From positions 160,001 through 224,000 of the forward strand of contig CAVXPZ010000004.1 of NCBI GenBank assembly GCA_963763775.1: a stretch of 64,000 nt of DNA. Reading direction: 5' to 3'. The notes under the pieces are model-generated. The model saw only the letters and a program-made list of their open reading frames with translations. It searched no databases and was not told the DNA's origin. This document shows, piece after piece, positions 1 to 10,906 of the stretch (its first letter is position 1; each line of letters begins with the position of its first letter). Source of the DNA: an uncultured Chloroflexia bacterium. Its GTDB lineage: Bacteria > Chloroflexota > Limnocylindria > Limnocylindrales > CSP1-4. A program made the position numbers and the translations under genes.

Positions 1-89
1 CGGCGCGCTCGGTCTGCCCGCGGTCATCCGCGCTGGCGTCGACGACGTATCCACGGTGGCACGATACGTGAGGCACGAGAGGGACGCCG

Positions 90-707
90 ATGACAGCCAC
101 GATGACCGCGGAGGCGACGGATCCAGCGACGCGCCGCTGGGGCGCGGACTTCGACCCGGACGAGCTGGCCCGCATCGAGACGCGGATGTGGAAGGCGTAC
201 TACCGCCGACAGCCCGCCCGCCTCTTCGGGTTGCTCGTCCAGGCGTTGCGGGCGCAGGCGCACGTCGGCTGGCCGCGGGCCCTCGTGGCGAGCCTGCTCC
301 TGACGCGCGCGGCCGCGGGGTTCGCCAGGGCGTCCGGGGACTACGAGCGGTTCGCCCCCGACATCGGACGGGCCTATCGCCTGCTTGGTCTCCCGAGCTC
401 CGTGGACGCCGAGGCGGTCGCCCGCCACGAGCTGCGCTGGTGGGTCGTGCGACGCGAGATCGGCCTGGCGGCCGGCGAGGCGGCCGGGTCATCCATCACG
501 GACCTGTACGCGGCCATCTACGAGGTGCCGCGCGAGCACGTGGCGGAAGCCGGACGACTCCGCGGCCTCGCGGCCGAGGTCCGCGACCGCGGCGCGACGA
601 GCGACCCCGACGGGCCGACGGGTCGTGGGCTCGAGTATTGGCCGGAGGTCGCCCGCCTGCTGCGAGCGTCGTATCGGAGCCTGCAGGACGCGCTCGCGTC
701 CGAGTGA
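90..707 (+). CDS. Hypothetical protein (205 aa, predicted helical)
   Basis: Clean ORF with normal composition, purine-rich upstream (GAGAGGG). Weak internal repeat ARIETRMWKAYY / ARHELRWWVVRR. No family recognised. Confidence 0.75.
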   Translation: MTATMTAEATDPATRRWGADFDPDELARIETRMWKAYYRRQPARLFGLLVQALRAQAHVGWPRALVASLLLTRAAAGFARASGDYERFAPDIGRAYRLLGLPSSVDAEAVARHELRWWVVRREIGLAAGEAAGSSITDLYAAIYEVPREHVAEAGRLRGLAAEVRDRGATSDPDGPTGRGLEYWPEVARLLRASYRSLQDALASE

Positions 708-718
708 CCGAGGCTCGG

Positions 719-1357
719 TCAGCGGCCGTCCGGGCGGCGGCCGATCAACCACCACGCCGTGGGAAAGATGGCCGCGGCGACGAGCAGCTTCCCGGCGTCC
801 CACAGGAGGAACGGCGTGAGGCCGGCGGCGATCGAGTCGCCCCATGAGAGCCCGGTCGAGAACTTGAGCCACGGGACGCCGATCGCGTAGATCACGACGC
901 TGCCGAGGGCCATCGCCCCGATCGCGCCGCCGATCCGGCGGTCCCAGCCGAGCTCGGCCAGACGCCCGACGAGCGCCCCCGCGATGACGAAGCCGATGAG
1001 GTACCCGCCCGTGGCGCCCCACAGGACCTCGAGGCCGCCCTTGTGCTCCGCGAAGAACGGCAGCCCGATGGCGCCGAGGAGCACGTAGAGCGAGACCGAG
1101 GCGAACCCGCGCCGGAAGCCGAGCGCGCACCCGGCGACGAGGACGCCGAAGGTCTGGCCGGTCCACGGGACGGGCTCGTTCGGGATGACGACGAGGGCCG
1201 TCAGGTAGATGAAGAACGCGCCGGCCACGATGAGGACGGCGTGGCGGAGCCGGGTATCGGTCCGCTCGGCGAGCGGGATCGGGACGAGGAAATCGGCAAG
1301 CGTCAGACCGCGGTCGGCGGCGTTGCTCCGATCGAGTCTCGGGAGGGCGATGGTCAT
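719..1357 (-). CDS. bioY: BioY family biotin transporter (ECF S-component)
   Basis: Motifs PVPWTGQTFGV, YVLLGAIGLPFFA, GATGGYLIGF, PFLLWDAGK; multiple TM helices. Confidence 0.92.
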   Translation of the reverse strand: MTIALPRLDRSNAADRGLTLADFLVPIPLAERTDTRLRHAVLIVAGAFFIYLTALVVIPNEPVPWTGQTFGVLVAGCALGFRRGFASVSLYVLLGAIGLPFFAEHKGGLEVLWGATGGYLIGFVIAGALVGRLAELGWDRRIGGAIGAMALGSVVIYAIGVPWLKFSTGLSWGDSIAAGLTPFLLWDAGKLLVAAAIFPTAWWLIGRRPDGR

Positions 1358-1420
1358 CGAGGCTCCGTCGGTTGGGGGGTCGCCTGGGGTCGCGACCGAC
1401 CGCCCGAGTCTAGCATCCGC

Positions 1421-3949
1421 TCACTCGTAGGCGACGGCGTTCGGGATGGAGATCCGTGCGGCGATCCTGGCCGGGTAGGCGGCCGCGAGCATCGCGAGCG
1501 CCACGCTCAGGACCACCGCGAGCGCCACGCTCGCCCATGGCACCGAATCGGCGACGGTCAGCCGCCCGCCCGCGAGCACGATCATCAGCGCCCCCGCCGC
1601 GAGACCGGTGAGGACGCCGAGGAGGGCGCCCGCCACGCCGATGACGCCCGCCTCGACCACGACGGACCGCCAGACCTGGCGGCGGGTCATCCCGGCGGCC
1701 CGGAGGATCCCGATCTCGCGGACGCGCTCCATGACGTTCATGGTGAGCGTGTTCGCGATGCCCAGCGCGGCGACGATGACCGCCACGAAGGCGAGCGCGT
1801 CGAACAGCCCGAAGACGCGACCGACGGCGTCGTCGATCGCGCCGCGCAACCGGTCGAGCGTGACCACGTCGAGCGCGTCGAGCGTCGTGACGCCCTTGAG
1901 GTCGTCGGTCACGCTGGCCGGGGCCCCGGTCTCGAACCGGATCGCGAACGCGTCCGCCCCGGCCACACCGAAGTGGCCCGTGGCGTCGCTCCAGCCCACG
2001 ATGACGGCCTCGCCGTTCCGCCCTGGGAAGGTCCGCTCGGCGATGGCGACGATCTGCAGTGGGATGGACCCGCCCTCGGCGGTCGCGACCTGGAGCGAGT
2101 CGGCCGTCGTGAGCCCGAGCCGATCGGCCATCGCCTGCGGGATGATCGCGGCGCCACCGCGATCCAGCGCCTCGAAGGCGGCGGCCCGGTCGCCGCTGAC
2201 CATCGTCAGGCGGCCGTCCGCGGCGAGGTCCGACCCGACCATCGCGGCCCCGTCGGTGGCCACGCCGTCGATCGCCAGGTCGAATGTCGCGATGGGACTG
2301 ACCCTCGCCACGCCGTGGACGGCCGCGAGGTCCGCGGCGACGCCCTCGTCGGGCGCCACCGGCCGGATCGACGTCGCGACGACGTCGCCCGGCACGACGG
2401 CCGCGACCCAGGCGCTGGCGGCGGCGCGTGCCTGCTGGCCGACGCTGCCGAGCGCCACCACGAGCGCGAGGCCGACCGTCAGCGCCCCGACGGTGAGGGT
2501 CGCCCGGCTGCGATCGCGGACGAGCGTCGCGCGGGCGATCCGCTCTTCGAGCCCGAGCGGGAGGCGGAACGGGAGCCCGCCGATCCTCGCGAGGGCCGGG
2601 ATGAGGAACGGGATCAGGAGCGTGGCGACCAGCAGGACGCCGTAGACGGCCAGGGCCCGGAGCGCGCCGGCCGCGCCGCTCGCCCCGCCGGTCCACGGCC
2701 ACAGGACGAGGCCGATGGCCGCCACGCCCAGGAGCACGGCCGCGAGCCACCGGACGCGGGCACCGCGCCCGGTCGAGGGCTCGAGCCGCGCCTTGAGGGC
2801 GTCGACCGGCGGGATCCGTGCGGCCCGCCGGGCCGGCTCGAGCGCGGCGGCGATGGTCACGACCAGGCCGACGACCATCGAGATCACGGCGGCGCTCACC
2901 GGCAGCGTCGGCGTCTCGAGGGTCACGGAGCCGATCGTCCGGAGGTACGCCACCATGCCTGCCGCGAGCAGCCCGCCGAGCAGCAGACCGAGTGCCGAAC
3001 CGACGACGCCGATCACGAGGGCCTGGGCCAGGACGACCGTCCGAACCTGCGCGCGCGTCGCGCCCGCGGCCCGCAGGAGGCCGACTTCGCGGACGCGCTC
3101 GATGACCGTCATCGAGAGCGTGTTGAGGATGAGGAAAGCGCCCGCGAAGAGCGCGATCGCGGCGATGAGGGCCGTCGTCGCCGAGACCTCGGCCGTGGAC
3201 GCCCGCAGGGTCGCAGCGAGCGCGGCCGGGGTCTGGACCGTGTACGGCTCGATGAGGAGTCGTGACTCGAAGGCGCGCGCGACGGCCTCCGGGTCGGCAC
3301 CGGCTGCCACGCCGACATCCACTCGCGTGACGCCCGGATCGTCGAAGACGGCCTGGGCCGTCTTCAGCGGCACGATCACCGTGCGTGTCGCGGCGCTTCC
3401 CAGGGGCCCGTCGCCGGCGAGGATGCCGACGACGCGGTACTCCCCGGGGTCGCCGGCACCGAACACGGTGATGGTCGAGCCGATCGCCAGGTCGTCGTCC
3501 GCAGCCAGCTGCTCGGTCACCAGGGCATCCGGCGCCTGCGCCGAGGCGAGCGCCACGCCCGACCGGAGCGGCCAGTCGTGCAGCCGCGGTTCGGCGGCGG
3601 GATCGACCCCGAGCACCGTGACGGGCGGCGGCAAGCCACCCGCCGAGGTGATCGCGCCGAGGTAGGTCCGCCGCTCGAGGGCCGGCGCCACGATGGCGAC
3701 GCCCGGCGTGGCGACGATCGCGTCGAGCGTCTCGCGACCGAGGCCGGTCTCCCCGAACGCGGCGACGCGCAGGTCGGCCCGCCCGAGCAGGTCGCCGGCG
3801 GTGCGCTCCGCGGACGCCTCGATGCCGGCATTCGTCGCGAGGCCGGCGAAGAGCACGCCGACGCCGAGGGCGACGCCGACCATCGTCAGGGCCGTCCGGA
3901 ACGGTCGCGCCCGCAGGGTCCGCCAGGCGAGGCCGGTCAGCCCGCGCAT
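1421..3949 (-). CDS. FtsX/MacB-like ABC transporter permease (duplicated FtsX domains)
   Basis: Two copies of NTL(S/T)M.V.ERVRE.G.LRAAG, large extracellular loops, adjacent ATPase. Confidence 0.9.
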   Translation of the reverse strand: MRGLTGLAWRTLRARPFRTALTMVGVALGVGVLFAGLATNAGIEASAERTAGDLLGRADLRVAAFGETGLGRETLDAIVATPGVAIVAPALERRTYLGAITSAGGLPPPVTVLGVDPAAEPRLHDWPLRSGVALASAQAPDALVTEQLAADDDLAIGSTITVFGAGDPGEYRVVGILAGDGPLGSAATRTVIVPLKTAQAVFDDPGVTRVDVGVAAGADPEAVARAFESRLLIEPYTVQTPAALAATLRASTAEVSATTALIAAIALFAGAFLILNTLSMTVIERVREVGLLRAAGATRAQVRTVVLAQALVIGVVGSALGLLLGGLLAAGMVAYLRTIGSVTLETPTLPVSAAVISMVVGLVVTIAAALEPARRAARIPPVDALKARLEPSTGRGARVRWLAAVLLGVAAIGLVLWPWTGGASGAAGALRALAVYGVLLVATLLIPFLIPALARIGGLPFRLPLGLEERIARATLVRDRSRATLTVGALTVGLALVVALGSVGQQARAAASAWVAAVVPGDVVATSIRPVAPDEGVAADLAAVHGVARVSPIATFDLAIDGVATDGAAMVGSDLAADGRLTMVSGDRAAAFEALDRGGAAIIPQAMADRLGLTTADSLQVATAEGGSIPLQIVAIAERTFPGRNGEAVIVGWSDATGHFGVAGADAFAIRFETGAPASVTDDLKGVTTLDALDVVTLDRLRGAIDDAVGRVFGLFDALAFVAVIVAALGIANTLTMNVMERVREIGILRAAGMTRRQVWRSVVVEAGVIGVAGALLGVLTGLAAGALMIVLAGGRLTVADSVPWASVALAVVLSVALAMLAAAYPARIAARISIPNAVAYE

Positions 3950-3963
3950 CGCCGGCGGTTCGC

Positions 3964-4716
3964 CTAGAGCCCGAGCTGGGCGAGGCGGGCGATGAGCGGG
4001 CCGGCGTCGTGGGACGTGCGGCGCCCGAGCACGATCGTGTCCTGGATCCGCCCGTCACCGATGACCAGCACCCGGTCCGCGTACGCGGCGGCCTTCGAAT
4101 CGTGGGTGACGAGCACGACGGTCTGGTGCCGGTCCACGCACGAGCGCCACAGGGCATCGAGGATCTCCGAGCCGCTGGCGTAATCGAGGTTGCCGGTCGG
4201 CTCGTCGGCGAACAGGAGCGCCGGACGGGTGACGAGGGCGCGCGCGACCGCGACGCGCTGTTGCTCGCCGACCGACAGCTGGTCCGGCTTGTGGCGCGCC
4301 TTGGCGCTGAGGTCCACGAGCTCGATGACGTCGCGGATGCGGTCGCGCAGGTCCCCGCGCGACGGGTCGGCGCCGGCGATCGTGAACGGCAGGGCCACGT
4401 TCTCGGTCACGTCGAGGAGGGGGATCAGGTTGAAGGACTGGAAGACGAAGCCGGTGCGGTCCCGTCGGAGTCTCGTGGCGGATTCGTCGGACATGGCACT
4501 GATCGTCTCGCCCTGGAGGATGACCTCACCCGACGTCGGCTGGTCCAGGCCGCCGAGCAGCTGGAGGAGCGTCGACTTGCCGGAGCCCGACGGGCCCATC
4601 AGCGCCACGAACTCCCCCGCCGCCACCTCCAGCGAGACGCCCCGGAGCGCTTCGACCGTCGTCTCGCCCATCGGGTAGGTCTTGACGAGGTCGCGTGCCT
4701 CGAGGATGGCCGCCAT
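3964..4716 (-). CDS. ABC transporter ATP-binding protein (LolD/MacB-like)
   Basis: Walker [40 protein letters not shown] at 4716 has TACACT 7 nt upstream. The ORF-track fusion to the upstream CAP protein is a frameshift artefact. Confidence 0.9.
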   Translation of the reverse strand: MAAILEARDLVKTYPMGETTVEALRGVSLEVAAGEFVALMGPSGSGKSTLLQLLGGLDQPTSGEVILQGETISAMSDESATRLRRDRTGFVFQSFNLIPLLDVTENVALPFTIAGADPSRGDLRDRIRDVIELVDLSAKARHKPDQLSVGEQQRVAVARALVTRPALLFADEPTGNLDYASGSEILDALWRSCVDRHQTVVLVTHDSKAAAYADRVLVIGDGRIQDTIVLGRRTSHDAGPLIARLAQLGL

Positions 4717-4790
4717 GGCCGCCAGTGTATCCGGCGAACATGCGGTGACGGGCGGTGTCCGTCCGACGGCGATCCCGCGGACGGGTTCGC

Positions 4791-5703
4791 TCAGCCCCCG
4801 AAGACGGGCGTGGTCACCCCGCCGACCAGGGTCTCCAGGAGCCCGGGCGGCGAGCCGCCGTCCATGACGCGGAGACCGTGCGGCGCCTCGGCGGCGGGCT
4901 GACTCGGCGCCGACCGGCGTCGCACTCGGCGATGGCGACGCGGTCGGCGGGGCCGTGGCGTCGCCCGGGACGGCGTCGGTGGAGGGCTCGGCGCGATCGA
5001 TCGTGGGCGGGACGATCAGCTCGGGCGTCGGCTCGGGCGTCGGCCTCGGCGTGGCGCGCGGACGTGGCTTCGGTGTGGCCTTCGGTCGCTCGACGGGCTT
5101 CGGTCGAGGCTTCGAGGTGGACCGCGGCTTCGGCTTGGTGGTGGCCTTCGAGGTCGTGCTCCCGCACTTGTCCGCGAAGAGCACCGTGTACATCTTCTTG
5201 CCGTCCGCGCCCTTGTAGGCGCCGACGCCGATCACGTCCCAGGCCTTGCCGAGGATGTTGGACCGGTGCCCGCTGGAGGCCATGAACATCTGCTGGATGC
5301 GCGCGGTGGCGGTGCTGTCGCCCTCGTTGTTCCAGCCGATGTTCTCGCCGGCCAGGTTGTAGCAGTACCCCTCGGCGGACATCTTCTTGAAGACGTTCCC
5401 GTAGCCCGGGATGGAGTGGCTGAAGTAGTCGCGGTTGATCATGTCCTTGCTGCGCCAGCGGGCGATCGACGTCAGCGTCGAGGAGATCTTGAGCGCCTTG
5501 CGCCCGGCCGCTGCCCGACTCTGGTTCGTGAGCGCGATCAGGTCGTGCTCGGCACTCGAGCTGAACGAGCCGTCCGCCCAGGCGAAGGCCGTCGAGGGCT
5601 GCGCGAGGGTCGCCACGGCGGTCGCGGCGAACGCGACGGCGACGACCAGGGCGAGCCGGCGGGGCAGCCTGCCGCCGGATGGGGCGGTGTGGGCGAGAGA
5701 CAT
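4791..5703 (-). CDS. Secreted CAP (SCP/YkwD-like) domain protein with Pro/Thr/Lys-rich tail; frameshift near 4915
   Basis: Signal peptide; CAP motifs YFSH, AGENIGW, SSGHRSNIL, IGVG. The C-terminus continues in another frame (...GLRVMDGGSPPGLLETLVGGVTTPVFGG*) to TGA at 4791. Confidence 0.8.
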
Positions 5704-5896
5704 CCGGGTGCGCGCGCTCCAGCGATGTCACCGGGCGGGGCGTCCGGCGTGGCCGCCAACGTAGGCGCCGAGGCACGCCCGGGTCCCCGGCCCCATGGTC
5801 CCGACGCCCGTGGGTCGGTCGTACCGGGGTGGTCGAGTGGGCTGGGATGCGGTCCGGACGGGTTCGGGAGCGTCCGGTGCGGTCGACCGGCCCGGG

Positions 5897-7576
5897 TCAG
5901 GTCCCCGGGTCGGCTTCGCTCGAGGCCAGCGTCGAGGTCACGAGCGCCTGGGCCTCCTCGATCAACCGCTCCAGGTGCGCCTCGCCGCGGAAGCTCTCGG
6001 CGTAGACCTTGTACACGTTCTCCGTGCCCGACGGGCGCGCCGCGAACCAGCCCTCGTCGGTCGTGACCTTGAGGCCGCCGATCGCCGCCCCATTGCCGGG
6101 CGCCGTCGTGAGGATGGCGGTGATCGGATCGCCGGCGAGGGTCGTGGCCTGGACCGCCTCGGGCGTCAACCTGGCCAGGACGGCCTTCTGCGCCGGGGAC
6201 GCGGGCGCGTCGATGCGGCGATACGCGGGCGACCCGTAGCGTTCCGTCAGGGTCGCATAGGCCTGACCGGGATCGCGTCCCGTCGTCGCCGTCAGCTCGC
6301 ACGCGAGCAGGTCCGCGATGATCCCGTCCTTGTCCGTCGTCCAGACCGAGCCGTCCCGCCGCAGGAACGACGCGCCGGCACTCTCCTCGCCGCCGAACCC
6401 GATCGACCCGTCGACCAGGCCCGCCACGAACCACTTGAACCCGACGGGAACCTCGACGAGCCGGCGGCCGAGACCCGCGACGACGCGGTCGATCATGCTC
6501 GAGGAGACGAGCGTCTTGCCGACGCCGACCTCGCTCCCCCACCCTCGGGCGCCGCCGAACAGGTACTCGATGGCCGCCGAGAGCACGTGGTTGGGGTTGA
6601 GGAGCCCGGCGCCCGGTGTGACCACGCCATGGCGGTCGGCGTCCGCGTCGTTGCCGAGGGCGATGTCGAATCGGTCGCGGAGGGCGACGAGCCGGGCCAT
6701 CGCGAACGGCGACGACGGGTCCATGCGGATCTTGCCGTCCCAGTCGAGGGTCATGAACCCGAAGGCCGGGTCCACGGTCTCGTTGGTCACGGTGAGGGCC
6801 AGGCCGTAGCGCTCGGCGATCGCACCCCAGTAGGCGACCGACGCCCCGCCCATCGGGTCCACGCCGATGCGGAGCCCGGATGCCGCGATGGCGGCCATGT
6901 CGACCACCGACGCCAGGTCCTCGACGTACGCGGCCAGGAAATCGTGACCCGCGGCCGCCGCCCGCGCTTCGTCGGCGGGGACGCGATCGATCCCGTCGAC
7001 GCCATCAGCGCCGGACGCCTCGAGGATCCGGTTCGCCTCGTCCTCGATCCAGCGGGTCACGTCCGTGTCGGCCGGCCCGCCGTTCGGCGGGTTGTACTTG
7101 AAGCCGCCGTCGTCGGGCGGGTTGTGCGACGGCGTCACCACGATCCCGTCGGCCAGACCGGCATGGTCTGGGCGGTCGCGGTTCGCGACGATGATGGCGT
7201 GGGAGACGGCCGGCGTCGGGGTGAACCCGTCGCGGGCATCCACCCGCACGTCGACGCCGTTCGCGACCAGCACCTCGAGCGCCGTCCGCTGGGCCGGCTC
7301 TGACAGCGCGTGCGTGTCCTTGCCCATGAACAGCGGTCCCGTGTAGCCCTGCGCCGAGCGGTAGCGGCAGATGGCTTCGGTGATGGCGAGGATGTGGGCC
7401 TCGTTGAAGGCCGCGCGGAACGCGGACCCGCGGTGTCCCGAGGTGCCGAACGCCACACGCTGGGCCGGGTCCGCAGGGTCCGGCCGGATGTCGTGATACG
7501 CCGCGATCAGCGCATCGACATCGACGAGGCCGGCCGGGTCCGCCGGCAGCCCGGCTCCTTCGTGCGACACCACCAT
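5897..7576 (-). CDS. pgm: Phosphoglucomutase (alpha-D-glucose-1,6-bisphosphate-dependent)
   Basis: [10 protein letters not shown], phosphoserine TPSHNPP, metal loop [24 protein letters not shown]. Confidence 0.95.
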   Translation of the reverse strand: MVVSHEGAGLPADPAGLVDVDALIAAYHDIRPDPADPAQRVAFGTSGHRGSAFRAAFNEAHILAITEAICRYRSAQGYTGPLFMGKDTHALSEPAQRTALEVLVANGVDVRVDARDGFTPTPAVSHAIIVANRDRPDHAGLADGIVVTPSHNPPDDGGFKYNPPNGGPADTDVTRWIEDEANRILEASGADGVDGIDRVPADEARAAAAGHDFLAAYVEDLASVVDMAAIAASGLRIGVDPMGGASVAYWGAIAERYGLALTVTNETVDPAFGFMTLDWDGKIRMDPSSPFAMARLVALRDRFDIALGNDADADRHGVVTPGAGLLNPNHVLSAAIEYLFGGARGWGSEVGVGKTLVSSSMIDRVVAGLGRRLVEVPVGFKWFVAGLVDGSIGFGGEESAGASFLRRDGSVWTTDKDGIIADLLACELTATTGRDPGQAYATLTERYGSPAYRRIDAPASPAQKAVLARLTPEAVQATTLAGDPITAILTTAPGNGAAIGGLKVTTDEGWFAARPSGTENVYKVYAESFRGEAHLERLIEEAQALVTSTLASSEADPGT

Positions 7577-7652
7577 CGGATGCTCCTCGTCGGGGCCGTC
7601 AACGGATGGCGTCAGTATGCCGGGCACGGGACCGGCCGGCCCGAGGATCCGG

Positions 7653-8327
7653 TCAGGAGCGCGGCACCGCAGCGAGCAGGGACTCGATGTCGTGGATCGG
7701 GATCTCGCCCGCCACTCGCGCCGCGACCTTCCCCTGTCCGTCGAGGAGGACCAAGAACGGGTATGAACTCAGTCCGAACGCCTGCGCCACCGAGTTCGTG
7801 GGATCGTCGATGACCGGAACGGTCCAGCCGACCTGCTTGAGCCACTCGGCCGGCGGGTAATTCGGCAGGGTCGGATCGATCCCGGTCGACACGGACACGA
7901 GGTCCACGTCCTTCGGTGGCCCGCCTTTGTCGATCCAGTCCTGGATGAGCGGGACCTCACGGCCGCAATGTGGGCACCAATGGGCGAAGAAGATCACCAG
8001 CTGCGGCTTGCCCGTCGGGGCGATCCCGACCGGAGCGCCCTGGTAATCGTGGCCCGCGACGACGGGCGCCGCGAGGCCTTTCGCCGGATCACCGATCGTC
8101 TGGGTGAACCTCGGCAGGGCCGTCCCGGTGACCGTCGGCGGTCCGGTCAGGACCGTGGCTGCCGGGCTCGCGGATCCACCGGAGCCGGCCAGGCTGACCA
8201 CGACCGCGACGAGCGCCACGGCGGCGATCACGAGGCCGGCCACGGGGAGCAGCCACTTCGCGCCGGACGTCCGGCGCTCGCGCTGTCGGGCCGCCTCACG
8301 GCGGGAGGTTCGGGACTTCGAGGTCAT
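7653..8327 (-). CDS. Membrane-anchored thioredoxin-like protein (TlpA fold) with CPHC active site
   Basis: Basic N-terminus, one TM helix, FFAHWCPHC, cis-Pro SYP. Overlaps the DsbB gene. Confidence 0.85.
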   Translation of the reverse strand: MTSKSRTSRREAARQRERRTSGAKWLLPVAGLVIAAVALVAVVVSLAGSGGSASPAATVLTGPPTVTGTALPRFTQTIGDPAKGLAAPVVAGHDYQGAPVGIAPTGKPQLVIFFAHWCPHCGREVPLIQDWIDKGGPPKDVDLVSVSTGIDPTLPNYPPAEWLKQVGWTVPVIDDPTNSVAQAFGLSSYPFLVLLDGQGKVAARVAGEIPIHDIESLLAAVPRS

Positions 8328-8914
8328 GCGGGACTCCCAGGTGCGGGGTCTTCTACACGGTCCGGACCGTCGTCGAGATCCGGTCCGCGCACGGACAACA
8401 GCGTGAAGATCAGCAGGAAGGCGGCCAGGGCGAGCATCGGCAGGCTGATGAAGCCGAGCTCGCGGAACCAGATCACCGAGCAGGACGGACCGGTGCCGCA
8501 GGACCCCGTATCGAGCGCCGGGATCCACTCGAGGCCGAGGTGGTACGTCGAGATCACCGCCCCGATCGCCGCCAACACCCGGACGTAGATCCCGATCCCG
8601 GCATCGCGCCGGACCGCGGCGATCCCGAGGATCACGACGAGCGGGTACATGGCGATCCGCTGGAACCAGCACAGGCGGCACGGATCGAAGTGGGCGACCT
8701 CCGAGAAGTAGAGGCTGCCGATGGTCGCCAGCATCGCGACGATGAAGGCCATCCCGACGGCGTTGGGTTCGATGACGCCGCCGATGGCGTGATACCACCG
8801 TCGCGCCGACGCGGACGCGAACGCGAGCAGGCGCACGACGACAACGACGGCCACGAACGCGAACGCGATGATCGCGAGAAGGGCGTAGAAGAGCTGGACG
8901 GTCGAGGTCGCCAT
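8324..8914 (-). CDS. dsbB: Disulfide bond formation protein B (DsbB/BdbC family)
   Basis: [21 protein letters not shown], second Cys pair [14 protein letters not shown]. Confidence 0.9.
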   Translation of the reverse strand: MATSTVQLFYALLAIIAFAFVAVVVVVRLLAFASASARRWYHAIGGVIEPNAVGMAFIVAMLATIGSLYFSEVAHFDPCRLCWFQRIAMYPLVVILGIAAVRRDAGIGIYVRVLAAIGAVISTYHLGLEWIPALDTGSCGTGPSCSVIWFRELGFISLPMLALAAFLLIFTLLSVRGPDLDDGPDRVEDPAPGSPA

Positions 8915-9151
8915 CACGCTCGATGCTGCGGGGTCCCGCGCGGCCCGCGCATGGGCCATCCGGCCCGGAGCGACGGGTCGGAATGGGCCGGTCCCGTCAC
9001 CGGACCGTGCGTGATGGGCTGCCGTGATGCCATGCCGGGATGGTACGAGGTCTTCGCGGACCGACCCCGCGAGCCGGCGGCGGCTTTCCGGTACACTCCG
9101 CACGCTCGTCCATCCGCGCCTCGTGCGCACCGCCACGGACGACGGCGCCGC

Positions 9152-9228
9152 GGTGGCCTTAGCTCAACCGGCAGAGCACTGGATTGTGGCTCCAGAGGTT
9201 ACGGGTTCGAGCCCCGTAGGCCACCCCA
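9152..9228 (+). tRNA. tRNA-His (GTG)
   Basis: G(-1), acceptor stem GTGGCCT/AGGCCAC, anticodon arm CTGGA-TTGTGGC-TCCAG, T-loop GGTTCGAG, C discriminator, encoded CCA. A TACACT -10-like box lies at 9092. Confidence 0.97.
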
Positions 9229-9261
9229 ACCCCTTGGTCCGTCGCCGCAACGGCGCCCGGT

Positions 9262-9897
9262 CTATCGCGTGGCATACCCGAGGTACACCGTCTCGGCCAC
9301 GTGCTGGGCGAAGTCCGGGGTGAGGACGCCGCCGAACATCAGGCGAAAGTAGACCGGTCCCACGAGCAGCTCCGTGGCGACGTCCGCGTCGATATCCGCG
9401 CGGAGGTCGCCGCGGGCGATGCCTCGCTCGATCACGCGGGCGATCTCGTCGCGGCGCGCCCGGATGACCGTGGCCCGGAACGGATCGCCGAGCGCGGGGT
9501 TGCCGGCGATCTGCGACAGGAGGGCGCGGATGACCGGCCCGAACGCGGTCGCCGTCACGGCCTGCATCGCGTTGGTCACCGCGGCGAGCATCTCCGCGCT
9601 CGTGTCGCCGGTCTCGGCGATCTCGATGTGCGGTCCGGCCAGCTCGGTGAGGAGCTCCTGGCACAGCGCCTCCTTCGAGGCCCAGCGCCGGTAGATCGTG
9701 GCCTTGCCGACGCCCGCGCGGGTCGCGACGGTCTCCAGCCGGAGTCGGGTGAACCCCACCTCGACGAGTTCGGCGCGAGCCGCGTCGAGGATCGCGCGAT
9801 GCGCCGCCGCACTGCGTGGCCGTCCGGAGCGGCGGGGACCCGGCGAGGACTCGGTCCGGGAGTTTCGAGACTGGCCGTCTTGATATTCGGTCGCCAT
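9262..9897 (-). CDS. TetR/AcrR family transcriptional regulator
   Basis: GRPRS..., VATRAGVGKATIYRRWASKEAL helix-turn-helix. Confidence 0.92.
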   Translation of the reverse strand: MATEYQDGQSRNSRTESSPGPRRSGRPRSAAAHRAILDAARAELVEVGFTRLRLETVATRAGVGKATIYRRWASKEALCQELLTELAGPHIEIAETGDTSAEMLAAVTNAMQAVTATAFGPVIRALLSQIAGNPALGDPFRATVIRARRDEIARVIERGIARGDLRADIDADVATELLVGPVYFRLMFGGVLTPDFAQHVAETVYLGYATR

Positions 9898-9900
9898 GCT

Positions 9901-9930
9901 GTTATGATACGGCTCGTTCCGTATCGCAAC
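9901..9930. promoter_or_regulatory. Palindromic operator, probably for the adjacent TetR
   Basis: GATACGG-N6-CCGTATC (9906-9925) within GTT...AAC. It overlaps the TATCAT -10 of tetR and lies between divergent genes. Confidence 0.7.
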
Positions 9931-9946
9931 ACAGGATCTCCGCACC

Positions 9947-10180
9947 ATGGACACCCGAACCACCATCGTCAGCCTCGTCGAAGACGCCGCCCGCTCCACG
10001 CCCCAGTGCGACTGCGGCGCGCCGATGGTCGCGGTCGAGCACGACGGCGGTCTCTGGCTCGAATGCGCCGATCACGACCGCCACGACGGCAGTCGCTGGA
10101 CGCGCCTCCGCACCGGCCGCTGGCTGGACACGCACGCCCGCCGCCTCCTGCTCGATCAGAGCGAACTGCTCGCCGCCTGA
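9947..10180 (+). CDS. Small hypothetical protein with CxC...CxxH (possible Zn ribbon)
   Basis: 77 aa with CDCG and ECADH; AGGA upstream; divergent from tetR. Confidence 0.6.
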   Translation: MDTRTTIVSLVEDAARSTPQCDCGAPMVAVEHDGGLWLECADHDRHDGSRWTRLRTGRWLDTHARRLLLDQSELLAA

Positions 10181-10327
10181 CCACGGACGGGCGGTATCGC
10201 CCGCGGCTTCGGGCCGATGGGCTCTGGTCCCGCGGGCCCCGCCGACGTCCCATGGACGCACCGGGGACAGCCGCACGACGACGGGCCGCGCGCCGGACCC
10301 GGTCAGTCCACGGTGGAGGGTGGAGCC

Positions 10328-10811
10328 ATGAACAGTGTGGTCATCTACGCGACGCGGTCCGGCAATACGCGTCGGATCGCCTCGGCCATCGCCGACGAGC
10401 TCCGCCGCCTCGGGCCGTGCGACCTGCTCGCGGCCGACGCGGCGCCGTACCGGATCCCGGCCGGGACGCAGCTCCTGGTCATCGGTGGCCCGACCGAGGG
10501 GCACGGCATGACCGAGTCGATCGAGCGGTTCCTCGACGATCTCGAGATCACGGCCCTCGACGGGATCGCCGCGGCCGCCTTCGACACCCGGCTCCGGTGG
10601 CCCAAGGTCCTGTCCGGATCCGCCGCCGAAGGGATCGCGCGACGCCTCACCAGCGACGGGGCGGTCGTCGTCGTGCCGCCCGAGAGCTTCATGCGTGACG
10701 CGCAAGCCGGCGCTCGAACCCGGCGAGGAACAGCGAGCCACGGCCTGGGCGGCCTCCCTGGCCGCGGTCGTGGGTGATCGATCCGTACCTGTCGTGTCGA
10801 CGCCGGCCTGA
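10328..10811 (+). CDS. Flavodoxin family protein; frameshift near 10693
   Basis: FMN loop YATRSGNT, IGGPT, AAAFDTR, GSAA; RBS GGAG. The C-terminus continues in the shifted frame (VTRKPALEPGEEQRATAWAASL...). Confidence 0.85.
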
Positions 10812-10906
10812 CCGCCCACGGTCCGATCGACCCCATCACGGGCCGGCACAGCACGGACCCGGTCCTGCCAGGAACGCGGCGGGCACGCCGACACGGGGGA
10901 CGCGGC

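Noticed and set aside
1043-3265. Long antisense ORFs throughout the window
   Set aside because: They are shadow frames of high-GC genes, Arg/Gly/Pro-rich and without recognisable motifs.
3964-5703. Apparent CAP-domain/ABC-ATPase fusion (579 aa)
   Set aside because: The linker is off-frame, Arg-rich sequence. The CAP protein has a natural end in another frame at 4791, and the ATPase has its own -10 and ATG at 4716.
9152-9260. tRNA-His as an integration site
   Set aside because: No integrase, no duplicated tRNA 3' end noticed, and no compositional shift.
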